DNA of 64,000 bases from Ranitomeya imitator (lineage: Eukaryota). Position 1 is the stretch's first letter. Every line of letters starts with the position of its first letter. A model generated the notes under the pieces. The model was given only the letters and a program-made list of their open reading frames with translations, had not been told where the DNA came from and did not search any database. The position numbers were made by a program, and so were the translations under genes. The stretch spans positions 636,678,001-636,742,000 of the forward strand of contig NC_091283.1 in assembly GCF_032444005.1 (NCBI RefSeq), given 5' to 3'. Positions 23,943 to 36,671 of the stretch are shown piece after piece.

Positions 23943-24593
23943 CAGCCACACTCCGCCCACGCACTTCCGCCCGCTCCCCCGCACTTCCTGCTGCAGCGGT
24001 TCTGCACATCAAATCGCAGTAAAACCCGCAGATATATTTTTGATCTGCGGGTTTTACTGCGATTTTGACCTCACAATGGAGGTCTATGGGTGCAGAACCG
24101 CTGCGGTTCAGGAAAAAGAAGTTACATGCTCCTTCTTTTTTGCCGCAGCTATTCTGCGCGGCTTTTTAAACGAAATTACGGATCATGTGCACAGCAGTGA
24201 CTGTTTTCCATAGGGTTACATTGTTATGTACCCTGCATGGAAAACAGCTGCGGAACCGCAGCGGCAAAACCGCTGCGGTTCCGCAGTAAAAAACGCACTG
24301 TGTGAACATGGCCTTATATATATAATATGGGCTGAAAGTGCACACTCCCAGCTGCAATATGATAGTTTCCACATCCAAATCGGAGAAAGGGTTTAGGAAT
24401 CATAGCTCTGTAATGCATAGCGTCCTCTTTTTCAAGGGACCAAAAGTAATTGGACAATGGACTCTAAGGGCTGCAATTAACTCTGAAGGCGTCTCCCTCG
24501 TTAACCTGTAATCAATGAAGTAGTTAAAAGGTCAGGGGTGGATTCCAGGTGTGTGGTTTTTACATTTGGAAGCTGTTGCTGTGAGCAGACAAC

Positions 24594-25631
24594 ATGCGGT
24601 CAAAGGAACTCTCAATTGAGGTGAAGCAGAACATCCTGAGGCTGAAAAAAAAGAAAAAATCCATCAGAGAGATAGCAGACATGCTTGGAGTAGCAAAATC
24701 AACAGTTGGGTACATTCTGAGAAAAAAGGAATTGACTGGTGAGCTTGGGAACTCAAAAAGGCCTGGGCGTCCACGGATGACAACAGTGGTGGATGATCGC
24801 CGCATACTTAATTTGGTGAAGAAGAACCCGTTCACAACATCAACTGAAGTCCAGAACACTCTCAGTGAAGTAGGTGTATCTGTCTCTAAGTCAACAGTAA
24901 AGAGAAGACTCCATGACAGTAAATACAAAGGGTTCACATCTAGATGCAAACCATTCATCAATACCAAAAATAGACAGGCCAGAGTTAAATTTGCAGAAAA
25001 ACACCTCAAGAAGCCAGCTCAGTTCTGGAAAAGTATTCTATGGACAGATGAGACAAAGATCAACCTGTACCAGAATGATGGGAAGAAAAAAGTTTGGAGA
25101 AGAAAGGGAACGGCACATGATCCAAGGCACACCACATCCTCTGTAAAACATGGTGGAGGCAACGTGATGGCATGGGCATGCATGGCTTTCAATGGCACTG
25201 GGTCACTTGTGTTTATTGATGACATAAGAGCAGACAAGAGTAGCCGGATGAATTCTGAAGTGTACCGGGATATACTTTCAGCCCAGATTCAGCCAAATGC
25301 TGCAAAGTTGATTGGACGGCGCTTCATAGTACAGATGGACAATGACCCCAAGCATACAGCCAAAGCTACCCAGGAGTTCATGAGTGCCAAAAAGTGGAAC
25401 ATTCTGCAATGGCCAAGTCAATCTCCAGATCTAAACCCAATTGAGCATGCATTTCACTTGCTCAAATCCAGACTTAAGACGGAAAGACCCACAAACAAGC
25501 AAGACCTGAAGGCTGCGGCTGTAAAGGCCTGGCAAAGCATTAAGAAGGAGGAAACCCAGCGTTTGGTGATGTCCATGGGTTCCAGACTTAAGGCAGTGAT
25601 TGCCTCCAAAGGATTTGCAACAAAATATTGA
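24594..25631 (+). CDS. Tc1-family DD34E transposase, 345 aa, uninterrupted
   Basis: HTH region with GRPR, WTDETK, HGGG, QMDNDPKH, then 34 residues to the E of SPDLNPIEH; ends ATKY. Confidence 0.95.
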   Translation: MRSKELSIEVKQNILRLKKKKKSIREIADMLGVAKSTVGYILRKKELTGELGNSKRPGRPRMTTVVDDRRILNLVKKNPFTTSTEVQNTLSEVGVSVSKSTVKRRLHDSKYKGFTSRCKPFINTKNRQARVKFAEKHLKKPAQFWKSILWTDETKINLYQNDGKKKVWRRKGTAHDPRHTTSSVKHGGGNVMAWACMAFNGTGSLVFIDDIRADKSSRMNSEVYRDILSAQIQPNAAKLIGRRFIVQMDNDPKHTAKATQEFMSAKKWNILQWPSQSPDLNPIEHAFHLLKSRLKTERPTNKQDLKAAAVKAWQSIKKEETQRLVMSMGSRLKAVIASKGFATKY

Positions 25632-25888
25632 AAATAAAAATATTTTGTTTGGGTTATGTTTATTTGTCCAATTACTTTTGACCTCCTAAAATGTGGAGTG
25701 TTTGTAAAAAAATGTGTACAATTCCTACATTTTCTATCAGATATTTTTGTTCAACCCTTCAAATTAAACGTTACAATCTGCACTTGAATTCTGTTGTAGA
25801 GGTTTCATTTCAAATCCAATGTGGTGGCATGCAGAGCCCAACTCGCGAAAATTGTGTCACTGTCCAAATATTTCTGGCCCTAACTGTA

Positions 25889-26826
25889 GGTATCTCAAGA
25901 AATCAGTTTCCCTTCATCCCCATACAATCACTTGGTATTTTATAAGGACTTGTCAAAACTCACTCTCCAAAATAGGAAAGTCTTTTCGCAGATCACACGT
26001 GAACTACTACGAGCCGGTCTTTCTTACACCTGGACTAGATTATCGACTCTCCGGGTGAGACTCCCGTCGGGATTATTTCATGTTTCATCTCCGGACGAGG
26101 GATTTGAACTTTTTAAACGTGTTGGAATCAAGTCCTCTGTAGCCGCTTTCAGTCCATCCTCCACAGCAGGGAGGGGTATTTGCACTAGTTGACCAATCTA
26201 CAAATAATCAATGATTAGTTACTTGAATAACTGCAACAACTCAATTCCACTTCAAATTTTACTTTTATTTCTTTTTTGTTTGTTTCTTGGATCAAAACCG
26301 AACTTTCCTCCACGAGTCCTTAGGGCTGCCATGGGCATCCCAGGACGTCGCAGGCATTATAACATATACTATACGACATTACAATCTACTTTTACTTCAT
26401 AGGTTCAAGCGTATTAACTTTACTGAACAACATATAAAACTGAGTGGTCAGACGCTATTCAGTATTCTACTTATAGGATTTATAATAAGGTATCATATAC
26501 TTAGAGTGTACTCTACGCTTAAGCTACTCTGATTTATGTTAGCAGTATTGACTCATCTATTTCTAGGTCTAGTTTAAAAGCAACACTTAATATTGTTAAA
26601 ATTTCCTGTTGTTCTACTAAATTGAAAGAATGCTTTAATTTTGAAGGCTAATACGAAGTGACAGATATTTAGAGTGAATTTAAGCTACTGTGCTTTTGTT
26701 TTCTAATGCCTGCTTTACACTCCCTATAACATTTGGGGAATTCTTTCCTTTCCATATTCCCTTCCTTTCCCCTTTTTTCATATATTAAAATGTTAAAAGT
26801 TCAATAAAAATACTTGAATAAGAAAA
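25889..26826 (+). mobile_element. L1 ORF1 C-terminal fragment followed by a 3' UTR-like tail without ORF2
   Basis: ORF 25932..26192 (LVFYKDLSKLTLQNRKVF...YTW) resembles the ORF1p CTD. AATAAA at about 26803 with an A-rich end. Confidence 0.55.
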
Positions 26827-27640
26827 CCTCAGTTTTGTTGACAAATCTAAGCAGAAATAAAAGTGACAAATCTGCATCCAATGTGCAATGTGTGCAAAGG
26901 CCACAAATATTCACAATAAGAATAGCGGTACAGACCCTCTATTCCCACTGTCAGATGTGACTGGAATATGGGAAATAAAATTGGACATTAATGTAAACAG
27001 GATTAATGATGGACGAGCACTAAAATGCTCAAGTGCTCATTGTTCGGGTCGAGCAAATTGGAATGCTATGGGCAATGAGCCCAATGTAAGTGTATGGGAA
27101 ACTCGAGCATTTTTGCCGCGGCCCCACCCAAGGGGTCATTTTAGGGTCTAAAAACAGTGGAAATCGATGGAAACAGTGCTCAGATTACATGAGAACATCA
27201 TGGGAAGACCCCTGGAAGCATTTCTGACTCCAAGGTCACTGTTGTGAACAATTTGTCAGTGTCTTACGCCACTTTTACAGGTGCACAATAAAACATACAA
27301 AAACAAAAGCAAAAAGCATTTTCCTGGGAAATATGTTATGGAACATCCTTTCCAGGCTAATGCTTTATATATAAGGCAAAATAAATAACCCAAAACAAAA
27401 ACGCTCCTCCACCACTTGGGCTATATTCACAAGTAGCGTTTTTGATGCGTTTTTCAACTTTAGCATTGCTTTCAACCAAGACAAATGAATTCACTAGGAA
27501 ATGTCATTTTAACATTTTACAACCTTATCTAGCCATGTGGTGTGTGACACACCGTTTCATTTACGAAGGAGGGACATATTTTTATAGGGCAATCAGGCAG
27601 CCTTTACTATTCATCCACCAGCCAGCTATGCTTTGTTGTT

Positions 27641-28081
27641 CCCATTATTAAACAGTGGGTCTCCTATACTGTTATTGCCTATGAATTGATTGCAAGGACT
27701 GCCCCAAATTTGGATGCACCCCAATAACCCTTTGAATAGACACCCTGGATGGCCACAAGAAACTAAAGTTCCCATTATTACTCATTTGTTCCTCCTATAC
27801 TGTTTTCCTATGCATTGAATGCAAGGCCTGCCCTGCCCCAAAGTTACATGAATCCCAATAACCCTTTGAACAGACATCCTGGATGGCCACATGAAATCAA
27901 AGTTCCCATTAGTACTCATTTGGTACTCCCATACTGTTTGCCAATGCATTGAATGTAAGGTCTGCTCCACCCAAAGTTACACACACCCCAATAACCATTT
28001 GAACAGACGTCCAGGATGGCAACATGTAACTAAAGTTCCCATTATTACTAATTTGTCACTCCCATACTGTTTGCCTATGCA
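27641..28081. repeat. About 133-bp tandem repeat, 3.3 units
   Basis: Anchor AAAGTTCCCATTA and CCTGGATGGCCAC recur with a period of about 130-134 bp. Confidence 0.8.
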
Positions 28082-28360
28082 GTGAATTGCAGTGTTCATG
28101 ATCAAGAACCTGTAATGGAGCATTGCAGTGTTGAGGCTGGAGAACCTGTAATGGAGCATTGCAGTGTTGAGGCTGGAGAACCTGCATTGGTGAATTGCAG
28201 TCGTGAGCCTGAAGGACCTGCAGTGGACAATAGCAGTGTTGAGGCTGAAGAGACGGGAGTGGAGCATTGCAGTGTTGAGGCTGAACACCAGGCAGTAGAA
28301 CATTGCAGTGCTGAGGCTGAAGAAACTGCAGTGGAGAATTGCAGTGTTGAGGGCAATCTT
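28082..28360 (+). repeat. 36-bp tandem repeat, about 7.5 units, open in one frame
   Basis: Units translate as VNCSVHDQEPVM / EHCSVEAGEPVM / EHCSVEAGEPAL / VNCSREPEGPAV and so on. Confidence 0.85.
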
Positions 28361-28429
28361 CTCGAGGCTTTTGAGTTCATCTACAGCTGTTCTTTGAACA
28401 GATGTAAGATTATCACTTAGTTCTCTTTT

Positions 28430-29895
28430 TTTGTAATCTGTTCAAATTCCTTTGTTACCAGTTTTAAAAACATTTAAATATTGGGGTATAAATTTAAATG
28501 GAGAAATTTTGGGGGGACCGGAGGAAATTTTTTTTTTACCTACACTGGTGGTCTCTTCTTGCTCATCACCCAAATCTTCCAATATTAAAATGGCCTGCAA
28601 TTCTTTCTCAGTCCAATTTTCTCCTACATTAGATTTTTTATGAAGTTTTTTCAACACCAGCTTGGGTGCGAATAACTGCAGGTCTTTTATAGCTAAAAAA
28701 GAATCAAAGGGGGAGACTGGTGAAAATGAGAGGCCTAAGCTCAAAACCTCCAACTGAGGTTGTGAAAATTCAATCTCTGAAAGATTGATCACCTGAAGTT
28801 TAGACGTTGAAGGGGACTCGGTACGTTTATCTCGTTTCCTGGTAGCATCTCCTTTTTTCTGTTGTTATTTTTCCGCAAACTGTACATCCGTTTAGTTGTT
28901 TCGTAGTCTCCTTACCTTGCTAACAAGGATGAAAAAGAGGATCTGGAGGAATTAGATTCACCCTTTTAAGAGGCTTGCCATCTATAGATGGTACAGCTTT
29001 TAAAGTCATGAAGATCCATCTGGAACTTCTGCGCCTGTTTCTTTTACTTCTTTTTTTTTTAAATTTAATATCGCTTTATTTAAAGCTTCTACCTCCACTG
29101 CAGATAAATTCTTCAATAGTTTTTGACGCGCATTCTCTATATCTGAATCTAGTTTGTTAAGGTTTTTTTTTTTGTTATTTCCAATAAGAAGTTCCATCAG
29201 GGATTTGGAGCATGTGGTACATGCATCCTCCCACCTAGTCCTAAACGTGCTGTCCTCGACCAGAAAAGATGGCATAATGAGCACCCGTAATCCTCTAGGA
29301 ATCAATCCCTTGGCTAGGTAGGTTTCTAAAAGGCTATGTTCCACCATGTGCGTGTTCTTCTTTTTAATAGATATTTCATAGAATTACTCAATTGTTTTTT
29401 TTCCCACTTTCTGTTGAACCTTGTTGCCTAGTGTTCCCACTGAAATCCGTGTCTATACAAGTTAGCCATGTTTTATCTCTTGCTTTAATATCCATCCTGG
29501 CAGACAAAAAATGTAAAGAGTACAGGAAATAATATAATACACCAAAAAAATAACCTAGATAGATGGCACTTCCAAAACTGGAGAAACCAAAAAGAAAAAG
29601 GAAGCAAAATGCCATAAAAATTGATAAATTAAAAATGAATAAAAACATGATAAAGCGGGGATAAAGATGCAAAAATAAGCTGCTTAAAAAAAGGAATACA
29701 CCAATAGTAGACCAAATGTAGGTAAAGGAGTCACCCTTAATGCTTAACTCAGTTTGGGCTCCAAAAAAGTTTATAAAAAAAGGTAGTTATAAAGAACTTC
29801 AACAAGAAATGTGTAAAAGCCTATAGACTATAATAATTCATTGACAAAGCCTCTAAAAAAGATGAAAAATCAACATTCACATTAGATATCCAAAT
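28430..29895 (-). mobile_element. Penelope-like element 5' ORF fragment (decayed)
   Basis: HSLLETYLAKGLIPRGLRV...RWEDACTTCS and INLSEIEFSQPQLEVLSLGLSFSP. Homologous to 39150-40100. Confidence 0.8.
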
Positions 29896-30949
29896 AACCC
29901 TCCACAATGCTTAGTGAGGGCTGCCTGCTGGGCCTCTAACAATTGTAAGGGCCACCTGAAGGCCCTGAAAAAATTCTGACTTTCAGAGTCCCTCCTTCAT
30001 AATTTAAATAGGATGTATGTGATCATGTCTCACACACCACATGAATAGATAAGGTAGTAAAATGCTAAAATTACATTTCCTGTCCAATGTTTTTTTCACC
30101 ATTAAAAGCAATGTAAATTTGCAAAACCACTACGTGTGAACGTAGTCCAAGGTATGGATGAGTATTTTTTTTTCTCTTATTTATGTTGCCGTAAATACAA
30201 GTCATTATCCTGGAAAAAAATGTTTCTTAACATTTTTTCCAATCAAATTCATTTTAGCTGCAGTTTTGCATATTTTATTATCACTCTGAAAAAATGGAGT
30301 AATACTCTGACAACATGGTTCACAGCAGCGACCTGGGATTCAGAGATGCTGCCAGGGGTCTTCCCAATCCTGTTCCCATGCCACTTCAGTGCTGTTTCCA
30401 TTATTTTCAGCATTTTTTTAGACCCCCCCCCCCCCTCCAGACCTCGGAATGGGGGGGATGATCGAGTTTCCCATTGACTTCCATTATACTAATTTCTTGG
30501 GTCGAGCACCTGAGTATTATAATTTTAGTGCTTGCTCATCACTAGTTATGTACTCCAAACTGGTACCAAGAGAAGCTTCAACTCAACCCACAAAAAAACA
30601 AGCCCTCACTCAGGTCCATCATCTTGGAGTCGAAATATATGGAATTTCCACATTACAGATAGGACAAAGGCTCTGGAAAGCAACATAACTTTCACCCAAA
30701 TAAAATCTGTGCTCCCAATGGCCTAATCCATGTGGAACTAAATTGTACCTAAGCTGTAGTTAGCTTCTCCAATGTTTGTCATTACTGTTGCAGGGAGAGG
30801 TCACATAGCAGTTGGCATGATGCGAGTCTACAGAAGCACAAGCTTGGCACAACATATTGGGCACTAAAATGGGATATTTGCAATTCTCACTCTGCAGCAC
30901 CAATTGCATGCCGGTTTCTGGAAAATACCTGTGCGGTCATAATTGTTAC

Positions 30950-31600
30950 AACCGTAACTGAGAGGAGTGTAATTTCCAAAATGTCTTCACTTGCAGTGGG
31001 TTTCCGCTGTTTTGGCATCCTCGAGGCTGCTCAAATGTTACATGGCACCTTCAAAGCATTTTGGCAAAAATTGCGTTTCAAAAGTCAAGTAGCCCTACTT
31101 TTCTTTCCGAGCCCTACGGTTTGCCCAAACAGTAGTTTCTGACTACATATAAGGCATGGCATATGCAGGAGAAATTTTGCTGTTACCCTTGTGAAAATGA
31201 AAATATGAGGCTATGGTAACATTTTAGTAAAAGAAAAATATAATTTTTCATGTTTTAATCCATTTTGTGCTAATTCGTGAAGTACTTGAAGGGTTAACAA
31301 ATGTTTGAATGTGGTTTCAAATACCTTGAAAGGTGCCATTTTTAAAATGTGGTCTTATTAGTGGGTTCTCTGAAATCTAGGCCCCTCAGAGTCACTTCAG
31401 AACTGAAGTGGTTCATTCTAAAAGAAAAAAGGTTTGTACGTCTTATTGAAAAATTGCTGCTGAATGTTTGAACGTTTTAACATGCTAAAAAGGGATTTCA
31501 GGAATGTTGCTGATATAAATTAGACATGTAGCAAATGTCAGTAGCTATATTTAACATTTATTCTGTCCTGGCAGTTTTGAAGATATACAAAATTTACAAT
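30950..31600 (+). repeat. Diverged fragment related to the ~390-bp repeat and right part of the piggyBac-like element
   Basis: Shared motifs TTCCAAAATG.CTTCACTTG, GAGCCCT...GCCCAAACAG, GAAGGGTTAA.AAA and GAATGTGGTTT. Confidence 0.55.
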
Positions 31601-32113
31601 TTCCCAGGCGCAGTGCACGCCTGAGAAACAGAAACCGAATTACATTTTTAAAAAGGTCTTTCCAGGCTTTTAGTATAAATCATTTTATTGGTCACAGCAA
31701 TAAAGATTAAAGGTAAAGATTACAAACTGGTAAATCTGTGCAATGGTAGGCGGTAATTACAAGTCGAACAAGAAGAGCATTGTTGTAACAATTAAATCTT
31801 ATACTTTAACTGTCTGGTTAATAATGCTATTGGCTGACCCGAGAATATGAGATAATAATAATAGAAAACATCCGGGATAGCTGGTAACCGTTGATATGTT
31901 CTTTTGTATTCATTTAAAATACTATATATATATAATCAAACTGGATATGGGGAAGACAAACATAGAAAGTCAGAAAAGGGGAAAGGAAGAAGGACAAGAA
32001 GAAGGGAGGAATGGAAGAGGGTGGGGGAAATTCGGGGAAGGAGTGTGGCTGCCTCCGTATCCTAGCGGACAGAACACACGTCAAGAAACGGCCCGGATGT
32101 ACACGAGAACAAG

Positions 32114-35100
32114 CTATACAATGTGTCGGGTTCTGGAAACCCAGAGATCCAGTTCAGGAGTTTCCCTAAAAGCGATCCAGGGGGCCCAAATGTTGTAGGT
32201 TTTTTCTGCGTTACCTGGTGACTGGTTTATCAGCTGCTCCATTCTATAGATGTTATTAAGTTCTGCCACAAATTCTGTACGGGAAGGAAATTTTTCTTGT
32301 TTCCAAAACCGAGGAATTAGATTTCTGACTGCAGTAAGAAAGTGTCTAAGGATACCCTTCTTGAACCTAGATATTGACAAGTCGCATAGAGACAACAATG
32401 CTATACTTGGTGAAGGTTGGATCTGTATGATAGACAGCTTGTTATGAAGTTCAAAAACAGCCAACCACAAATCCTTTATGGGGGGGCAGTCCCACCAGAT
32501 ATGCATGTAAGAGCCTATCTCCTTTAGACATCTCCAGCAGGTGTCAGGGGTCGTGGGGAACACCGCATGCACCATGGAGGGGCATCTGTACCATCTTGCT
32601 AGAATCTTATAGCTCCTCTCCTGTGATACCGCGCATAATGACGATCTAGATGAGAAGAGAAGAATTTTTCCCCTATCTTCAGATCACAAGGACCTTCCCA
32701 GATCGTCCTCCCACTTCGAGAAAAACAATGGCCAACCCTGCAGTGGAGCCCTCCCCTCTTGGAAGATTTTATACAGCAGCGAGACAGTATGATCCGGGGG
32801 ATTTGCTGATATACAAAGCTTCTCAAAGGGAGTTAGCGGTCTGCTGATATTGGCTTGTTTAGAGATTGAGTGGATATAACTTTTTAGTTGTTCATAGAAG
32901 AACCAATCAACAGAGTGTGATTCCTCCTCTGGGAATAATTCCCGAAGGGTCTTCATACCAGTTTCTTTTAAGTAGTCATGGATGATGGGATTGGAATCTT
33001 TTCTCTTATGTAGAAATGTCTCTCTATTCAGCCCCGCCGGAAAAGCAGAATTGTCATAAATTGGAATTAAGGGGCCCGGGAGAGTTGTGATCTGAAGGTC
33101 TTTGTTTCGGTTTTTAATAAGAAGCAGTATGTTTCGTGTGAGGAAGGGTATGTAAGTGCCTGGTCCTGGCCCCCTGTCTCCTGTCCAAAGAACAACTCGG
33201 GAGTCGCATCCGTTAAGATCGTTTTCTAGGTTTACCCATTTTTTGTTGTTTTTACTGTGATAAAGGTCTAGAATACAAGTTCCCATTGATGCGTAGCTAT
33301 AAATTGCGAGATCCGGGAGACCCAATCCACCCGTCAGTTTAGATCTACTTAATGTTGTATATGAAATACGCGCCCGGTTATGAGACCAAATAAAACGAGT
33401 AATCATTTGTTTGAGGCGGGAAAAGAAAGAAGCTGGTAGGTATAGGGGGATTGTTTGGAAAAAATACAAGAGGCGAGGCAGGAGGTCCATCTGAACTGCG
33501 TTGATCCTACCCAGCCAGGACAATTGGAGCCTGTGCCATTTCTCTAAATCTGAGTTTGTTTTCTGTAGGGTTGGTGCTAGGTTGGTTTCGAACAACTTAG
33601 ATGTTTTGCTTGTAATTTTAATACCTAAATAAGTAAGGGAATCAAAGCACCATTTAAATGGGAAGGTCTTCCTAAGATGATTTACCAAAGGGAGTTGGAG
33701 TGAAATGTTTAGGATTTCGGATTTATGGGAATTTATTTTGAAGTTGCTTAGAAATCCGAATTTATGTAGCTCCGAAATGATGTTTGGTAGACTCGTAGAG
33801 GGGGCCGTAATATATAACAGGATGTCATCTGCAAAAAGCGCTAGCTTATGTTCTTCGGAACGAAGTTTTATACCAGTGATTGATGGGTTGTTTCTCAAGG
33901 CCACAGCTAAATGCTCCATTGTTAGAATATATAAGAGGGGAGAGAGAGGGCACCCCTGTCTTGTACCATTCCTGATCGGGAACATTTCCGATAGTGTGCC
34001 ATTTACCTTGACCTGAGCACTAGGGGAAGAATACAGGGCGGAGATCCTACGCAGCATGTTCTCTTTTAGGCCAATTTCCTCTAGAGTCTGAGAAATAAAT
34101 TCCCAATGGACCCGGTCAAAGGCCTTTTCAGCGTCAATTGACATGATACACAGGGGGTCCCCCTCTCTGCCCGCTCTGTCAATTAGAGAGATGGTTCGGA
34201 TTGTATTATCCCTTGCCTCTCGCCCTGGGACGAAGCCCACCTGATCCTGGTTTATTAATTTCGGTAAAAGGGTACATAGTCTATTGGCTAACATTTTTGC
34301 ATATATTTTAATGTCTAGGTGTATTAAGGAAATCGGACGGTAATTGTCGCAAGTAGAAGGATCCTTGCCCGGCTTAGGGAGAACTGTTATGTGAGCGATG
34401 AGTGCCTGTGTAGGGAACGAGCCCCCAAGAGAGACATAATTACATGCCTTCAGGAATATTGGGCTAAGCAGTGAGTTGAATGACTTGTAAAAGCCTGCTG
34501 AGTACCCATCAGGGCCCGGGCTCTTGCCCTGTTTCAGGGCGCTGATGGTTTCAGACACCTCCTCCACTGAGAATTCCTTTTCAAGATCAAGTAGATCACC
34601 TTCAGGCAGAGTGGGTAGTTTATGTTCCTGTAAATATGATTTGATTTTATTACGGAGAGAATGTAATGGAGCCTCTTTATAGTGTCCTGCTATGTTATAT
34701 AGAGATTTGTAGTATTCGCTGAAGTTGGAGAGAATATCTCTGGTATTAAAAACTTTCTTCCCCTCTTTGTTTTTAATAAAAGGGATGTAAGTGTTGGGAT
34801 TGCGTTGATTGAGAGCTCTGGCCAAGAGTCTACCACTTTTATTGCCGAGCTGGTAGAAGCGGCTCTTAAGTCTTTCTCTGAGGCATTTGGATTTTTGGTC
34901 TATTATAGATAGCAGTTTTTGTCTGGCCGAGGAGAGCCTAGCAAATGTGCTAGCCTCAAGATCTCGTTTGTGTTTGTTTTCTAATTGGTGTATTTGTTCT
35001 GTTAAGCTAAGTATTTCCGCCGCTCTTTCTTTTTTTAGCCTAGCGCCATGAGAAATGAGGACGCCTCTTATTACACTTTTCAACGCCTCCCATTTTACAG

Positions 35101-35959
35101 TGGGGGACGTGGTGTCTTCCTCGTGGTCAGTCAGGAAATCTGTGATTGTTTGATCAATCTTGGATTTACATATGGGATGTTGTAACAGATTTTCATTCAA
35201 GCGCCAAGAGAAACCTGGTCTTGAGGCAGAATGAAGTGAGATTGTTAAGTAAATAGGAGCATGATCTGACCACAGTATCGACCCCACATCCGCCTTTACC
35301 TGCATGTCAAGCAACCTATGAGAAACAAAAAAGTAATCTATTCTACTGTAGGTGTTATGTATTTTTGAGAAGAAGCTATAGTCCTTGGTTGTTGGATTAA
35401 GAACCCTCCAGACATCTACCAGTCTCATGCTGCGCAGCTGGGATCTTATTTTTTTAATAGAAGATGCAGGATATGAAGACTTACCCGAAGAGACATCCAC
35501 CGCAGGGTTCATAGGAATATTAAAGTCGCCCCCAAGTATCACAGGAGAGGAACCGGCAAACTCCTCAAGGCGTCTTTTGCATTCGGCTCCAAACTTCTGT
35601 TGCCCTTGGTTTGGAAAATAAACGTTAGCGATTACAAGTTTATGAGCTGCCCATGTGATGAGTAGGAAGATATATCTGCCATTTTTGTCAATTTGTGAAT
35701 CTAAGATCTCAGGCACAAAGGATTTGTGGAAGGCTATTGAGACACCTTTTGACTTTGAAAATGGATTTGGGCAGTGATACCATTTAGGGTAATTTTTCGT
35801 AATACAGTGTGGCACCACACCAGTTTTGAAATGTGTCTCTTGGAGCAGTAATACAGATACCCCCTGTTTGTGACTATCAAATAGGACCTGTCTTCTTTTT
35901 TCCGGTATGTTTAGCCCCTTAACGTTGAAGGAGCAAAATTTAATTTCATCCATTATCAA
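32114..35959 (-). pseudogene. L1 ORF2p (APE + RT + CCHC), 1282 codons with a single in-frame TGA at 32684-32686
   Basis: The 1091-aa ORF continues in the same frame past TGA (SEDRGK...ILARWYRCPSMVHAVF) into ORF 32114..32575 (CWRC..GSYMHIWWDC). Confidence 0.93.
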
Positions 35960-36671
35960 ATACCTTTACGTCATTCCGTAATACCATGCGCCCCATCCGC
36001 CAGAACACGCGACAGCCAGGGGTAGTAGGGAAGAAACAATAGGAAGGAAGGGAAAAAGGCGGGGTAGAGAAGAAATAATAGAACATGGAAAGTATAAAAG
36101 AAGGTGCGTTGGGATTGACGCACCGGGTCATACATTACATCTGTGTAGTTAGGGCAAAAGAATGGAGGAGAGGTCTCCTCCCCTCCATTCACCCGCGCAC
36201 CTTAGGTGAGTAAGGGAAGCCAAGGGAAACACTGACCCCCCCAGCCCCCCCGAACCTGGTAGGTCCCATAAACGAGAACTTATAAACACATAACGTTTGG
36301 TTAAACATGGTAATAGTCCCTGCACCGGCGAAATGTCCCGCATGCCATCAGCGAATACAAAAAAAAAAGGGGGGGGGGGAAGAGGGAGGGGAGGGAGGGA
36401 AGGGGTGGGAATTTAGGGGGGAGGGAAGAAGGACAAATTCACCGATGACAGGCAGGACACCACGTGCCCAGGTGCTTAAAAAATAGAATCAAACCTCCAA
36501 GGCGAGCCCATGGTAAGACAGGCCGCCCCACCAGGAGACTCATCTGTTTAACAATAAGTGTTCATGAGACTACTCAACTGCAGTAGAGTATCTAAATGCA
36601 TTGCAGCAATGAATAAAAACTACTTGGAACTAAGAAGAGATTGAAACAAGAAAAGAGAAAAAAAAAAAACT

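Larger units (their letters stand above)
22183..24313. mobile_element. Harbinger-like MITE with internal GC-rich minisatellite, inserted in the left IR of the Tc1 element; contains a gap
   Basis: Termini GGGTATGTTCACAC / GTGTGAACATGGCC; TTA direct repeat at 22180-22182 and 24314-24316. Confidence 0.8.
22100..25886 (+). mobile_element. Tc1/mariner DNA transposon, IR/DR type
   Basis: TA flanks at 22098-22099 and 25887-25888. 35-bp outer TIR CAGTTAGGGCCAGAAATATTTGGACAGTGACACAA. Inner repeats CAAAAGTAATTGGACA (about 24440) and TGTCCAATTACTTTTG (about 25665). Confidence 0.92.
27004..30544. mobile_element. Old hAT-like non-autonomous element (TAG termini) with internal tandem repeats and a PLE insertion
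   Basis: Left end TAATGATGGACGAGCACTAAAATGCTC is complementary to the right end TTTTAGTGCTTGCTCATCACTA. No TSD recognisable. Confidence 0.55.

Noticed and set aside
22721-24012. Three 400+ aa Pro-rich ORFs on minus
   Set aside because: They are translations of the G-rich minisatellite, open in all three frames because the units lack stop codons.
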